A stretch of DNA of 63,273 nt, counting the filler. It is 10 parts of 10 records of this genome, joined end to end, with 100 filler letters (N's around TTAATTAATTAA, not from the genome) between each part and the next. Parts side by side here need not be neighbours in the genome. Positions count along the whole stretch, not along the records: positions 57,315 to 63,273 come from SRR7504441_3481; 9 more parts are not named here. One strand, written 5' to 3'. Position 1 is the stretch's first letter; each line of letters starts with the position of its first letter. Positions 60,301 through 63,273 of this stretch are shown piece by piece. Below the pieces are notes generated by a model. That model was given only the letters and a program-made list of their open reading frames with translations. It was not told the origin of the DNA and did no database searches. The position numbers and the translations under genes are program-made.

Positions 60301-63090
60301 ATCATCATCCTCGAGCTTGGGCTTGATGTACCACTTCTCTGAATGAGTTGTGTTGTCAAGCATGCTGACTAGCTCAGCAAGTGCCTGCTTGCCAACCTCA
60401 CCACCAGTAGTCTCATTCTTGTAGATCTCCTCATAGTACTTGATGATTGTGGCAATAAAGATGTTAACCATGACAATCACAATGAATATATGCATGATGA
60501 AAAAGTACCAGCGCGCATTCCTGTCTGTTACAGTCACAAATCCATCCACTGTGACTTGCCAGTTGTTCACCACAGTCTGTGTGTAGATCAGAAAGAATGC
60601 CCGCCCAATGTTGTCAAAGTTGATTGCAGTGTAGTAAGCAGTTGATCCATAAGAGCTTGAACTGTATGGTTCTGTTGTCCAGTGACCAGGCCCACCCTCT
60701 TCAATCACTTTGGTGGTGGAGCCAGCAAACAAGCCCATGCCCATTGAAGCAAAGCCAAAGTAAACGATCACAAATACAGTCAGCTGTGGAATCAGCAGAG
60801 TCATGGTCTTGCGGCTGGCTTTGCACATCTGTGCAAGGGCTGGGATGGTGTTGGTCAGCCTCGCGCACCTCAGAATCCGGCTAACTGCGAGAACAACGCG
60901 AAGCCCACCTGCACCTTGGGCAGATCTGCTACCGCCACAGATGATGAGCCCGACCACAAAAAGGATAGTGGAGACAAGGTCGTTCCAGTTGTACAACTTC
61001 GTGAAGAATGAGAGTGGGTTCTTTGCAGTTGTCTCAGCAGGGATACGGAGGACAATGTCAAGCAAGAACATCCAGGTCCAGAAATACTCCAGCCCAGCTC
61101 CAGGGGCAACACATGTGTCTGTCACATCTGCACAAAGCAGGTAGATTACTGACATCACTGTGAGTAAATCAATGAAGTGCTTCCACGAGACATAATAGCA
61201 CCAGTGGTCATCAGGAATCAGGAGCGCTTCCTCAGGTCGGGACGAACCGAGAGTGCCAGTACAGAAAATATGATTTAACATTGGGAATCGCGGTGCCTCC
61301 CCAGCCGCCGCCTCTGCAGCCTCCTCCTCCGTCTCTTTTTCCTTGAGTGGAGCGTTGCGGACAGATTCAAAGTTCTGGAACTCTGAGACTTCGACATAGC
61401 CGGAGCCATCAATATCTAACATATCGAACCAGACTTGCACTTTCTCCTGCGAGGGAGTTGGTCTTGCCCGGGCAATCACTTCAGAGAATATGTCAAATGT
61501 GATCCCTTTCTCCTCTGGGTCCTCTGGGTTAGTCACTTCAAGCATTTTGTAGCATGAGTTGAGCACAGCCTCGCGCAGCTTCCGGCGCTCCTTGATGCTC
61601 GCAATGTAGTGCTTTTCATAGAAGTTGTACACAATTGCAAGCACTACGTTCATCAAGAAGTAGAATACCAACACCATGAACGACACCAGAATCAACGCAC
61701 TACCTGGATTGTAGGCATAAAACTGCATCACGATATCAGGGTGGTTGGCTGTGGTCAGCAGCACGAACTGGTTCCAAAGCGAATCCTGTCCGGGCTCACA
61801 CACAGCCGGCGGCTGGCCAGTGAACCTTCGCGAGTCCGGATGAGCTCCCCAGATTGAGCTTGTACTGTGTGGTCCAATATGATGTCTGGGTCATATAGTC
61901 TGTGAAGTAGAATGGCTCGTGGCTCAGTGCGGCAAACCAGATGAAGTAATAGCACAGGAACACCACGATGATGAGACCAAACACAGCTGCCAGGTCCTTG
62001 ATAAGATAGAAAGTTGTCACAATAGCATCACGCATCCTAGGCGAGAAGTAGGCCATGAAGTAGCAACGCGTGAGCCGGAGCCAACACGCAGCTCGGCTGA
62101 ACTCGATGTTGCCATCGATGGTGGTGACTTTCTTGTTGTCGACTTCTGCGATTTCAATGATTTCACCAACAAAGCTGCATGCTTGTCAGTATCAGCCAGG
62201 AGGGCGGAGCGATACCCGGCGAGAAGCATCACGCCGAGCATCATCGTCCAGACATCCTCCTCGGCACCACTATACCAGCGGCCTTTGGCAGGGAACATGC
62301 ACCAGAGCTTCAGAAAGAAGACAACGGTGAAGATGACAAGGATCACGAGCACAACGATCTCACCCACCTGACCGACCTGTGAATAGCCAGCTGGGCGGGT
62401 AGCGGGGTACGTAGTACGGGATCTGACCCCAGATTCTTGGTCGTTCAAACATGGCCATTGCCATGCACAAGAATGCGAGCCACTGGAACACACGCACTCA
62501 GCGGAGGTTTGGTCGTCACACAAGCACAGCACCCGATGGGATTCGTCGGGGAGGGGCGGGCGCGGGGGGAGGGCTGAGGTCGCATGCGTGGAAGGGCAGA
62601 GGGGTCGGTTGCCTTGAGTAGTAGCCGGCAGTACTGCCCTCGGAGCCACGATGCTACCCACAGCCTGGTGCTATCATCGCCCCAGACTGCCTCAACCTCA
62701 CCATAGCCTGCCACAATCGACGATAAAGTCAGGCCGTGTTGTCGGCAGCCACCGTCCTTGTCTTTATCCGGCGGCACGCTGATATAATACGAGCCCAGAA
62801 TGCCGTCCACCGCGTCCCGAGCCATGAGCAGGGCCCTCTCGTCGCACTGGAGACCGCTGGTGGGACGCTCCTGGCCCAGCGGTCTGCCCCGCAAACGCAG
62901 ATCTGCGCACCTTGGCCGGCGGCACCTCCTCGAGAGGCACTTCAGCGTGCCCCATCTCAGGGTCGACCGTCAGTACTTCATCAGTCTGTGCCGGCGGCTG
63001 GCCATCGGGGTCGTCGACCAGAGAAGGATCCCGGACCGGATTGTCCTCGACGCTGGTATCAGGGTGTGGCGCCACGTCCGCCTGGCTCAT
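57315..63090 (-). CDS. Tandem two-pore-channel-like protein with EF-hands and PAS-like linker, 3'-truncated
   Basis: LLTTANHPD twice, TVVNNWQV once, FERP/FESP S1 motifs, multiple DxDxSG EF loops. Confidence 0.85.
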
Positions 63091-63273
63091 CAGGGTTGGA
63101 GCGGGCCACGGCCGCGTTGCTGATGCACACAACAAGAAGCTTGAACCTGTAACAGCAATTCCGTTTTTTCGGCAAGAAATTTCGATCTCGAGGGTCGGCA
63201 ACCTATACAAGTCCACCAAGGAAATGTATTCTATCCAGGGGGTTGGAATTGGCTGAAACGACCCCCTGTCCAC

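Noticed and set aside
1-63273. CRISPR arrays, tRNA/rRNA genes, intact transposase or reverse transcriptase
   Set aside because: None seen by eye; most short ORFs in the track are antisense shadows of GC-rich coding sequence.

Overview
The window is not one locus. It is ten short contigs joined by artificial 100-bp spacers (N44-TTAATTAATTAA-N44). They come from a GC-rich, gene-dense microbial eukaryote whose lineage I cannot assign from sequence alone. Genes carry very short spliceosomal introns (mostly 35-45 nt) with frequent GC donors, and several divergent gene pairs share 40-110 bp promoters containing a (T/C)AACGG motif. Recognisable genes: a GST, an AP2 protein, an M14 peptidase, a SET protein, a WD40 protein, ORC5, VWA8, a bestrophin, COX17, Pol kappa, an FN3-repeat protein, an LRR membrane receptor and xanthine dehydrogenase. 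Highlights: (1) a recurrent intergenic scar, an unrelated 9-mer duplicated around an inserted TA (X9-TA-X9), with 9 perfect and 4 one-mismatch copies on five contigs, suggesting an uncharacterised insertion/excision system; (2) a tandem-duplicated two-pore channel with a PAS-like/EF-hand linker; (3) a bacterial-type cysteine-heterocyclising NRPS module on a contig bearing the same scar; (4) an F-box-Rnl2 RNA ligase fusion; (5) an A20-finger protein with a putative tegument-like deubiquitinase domain. All family calls are by-eye motif recognition; no searches were run.
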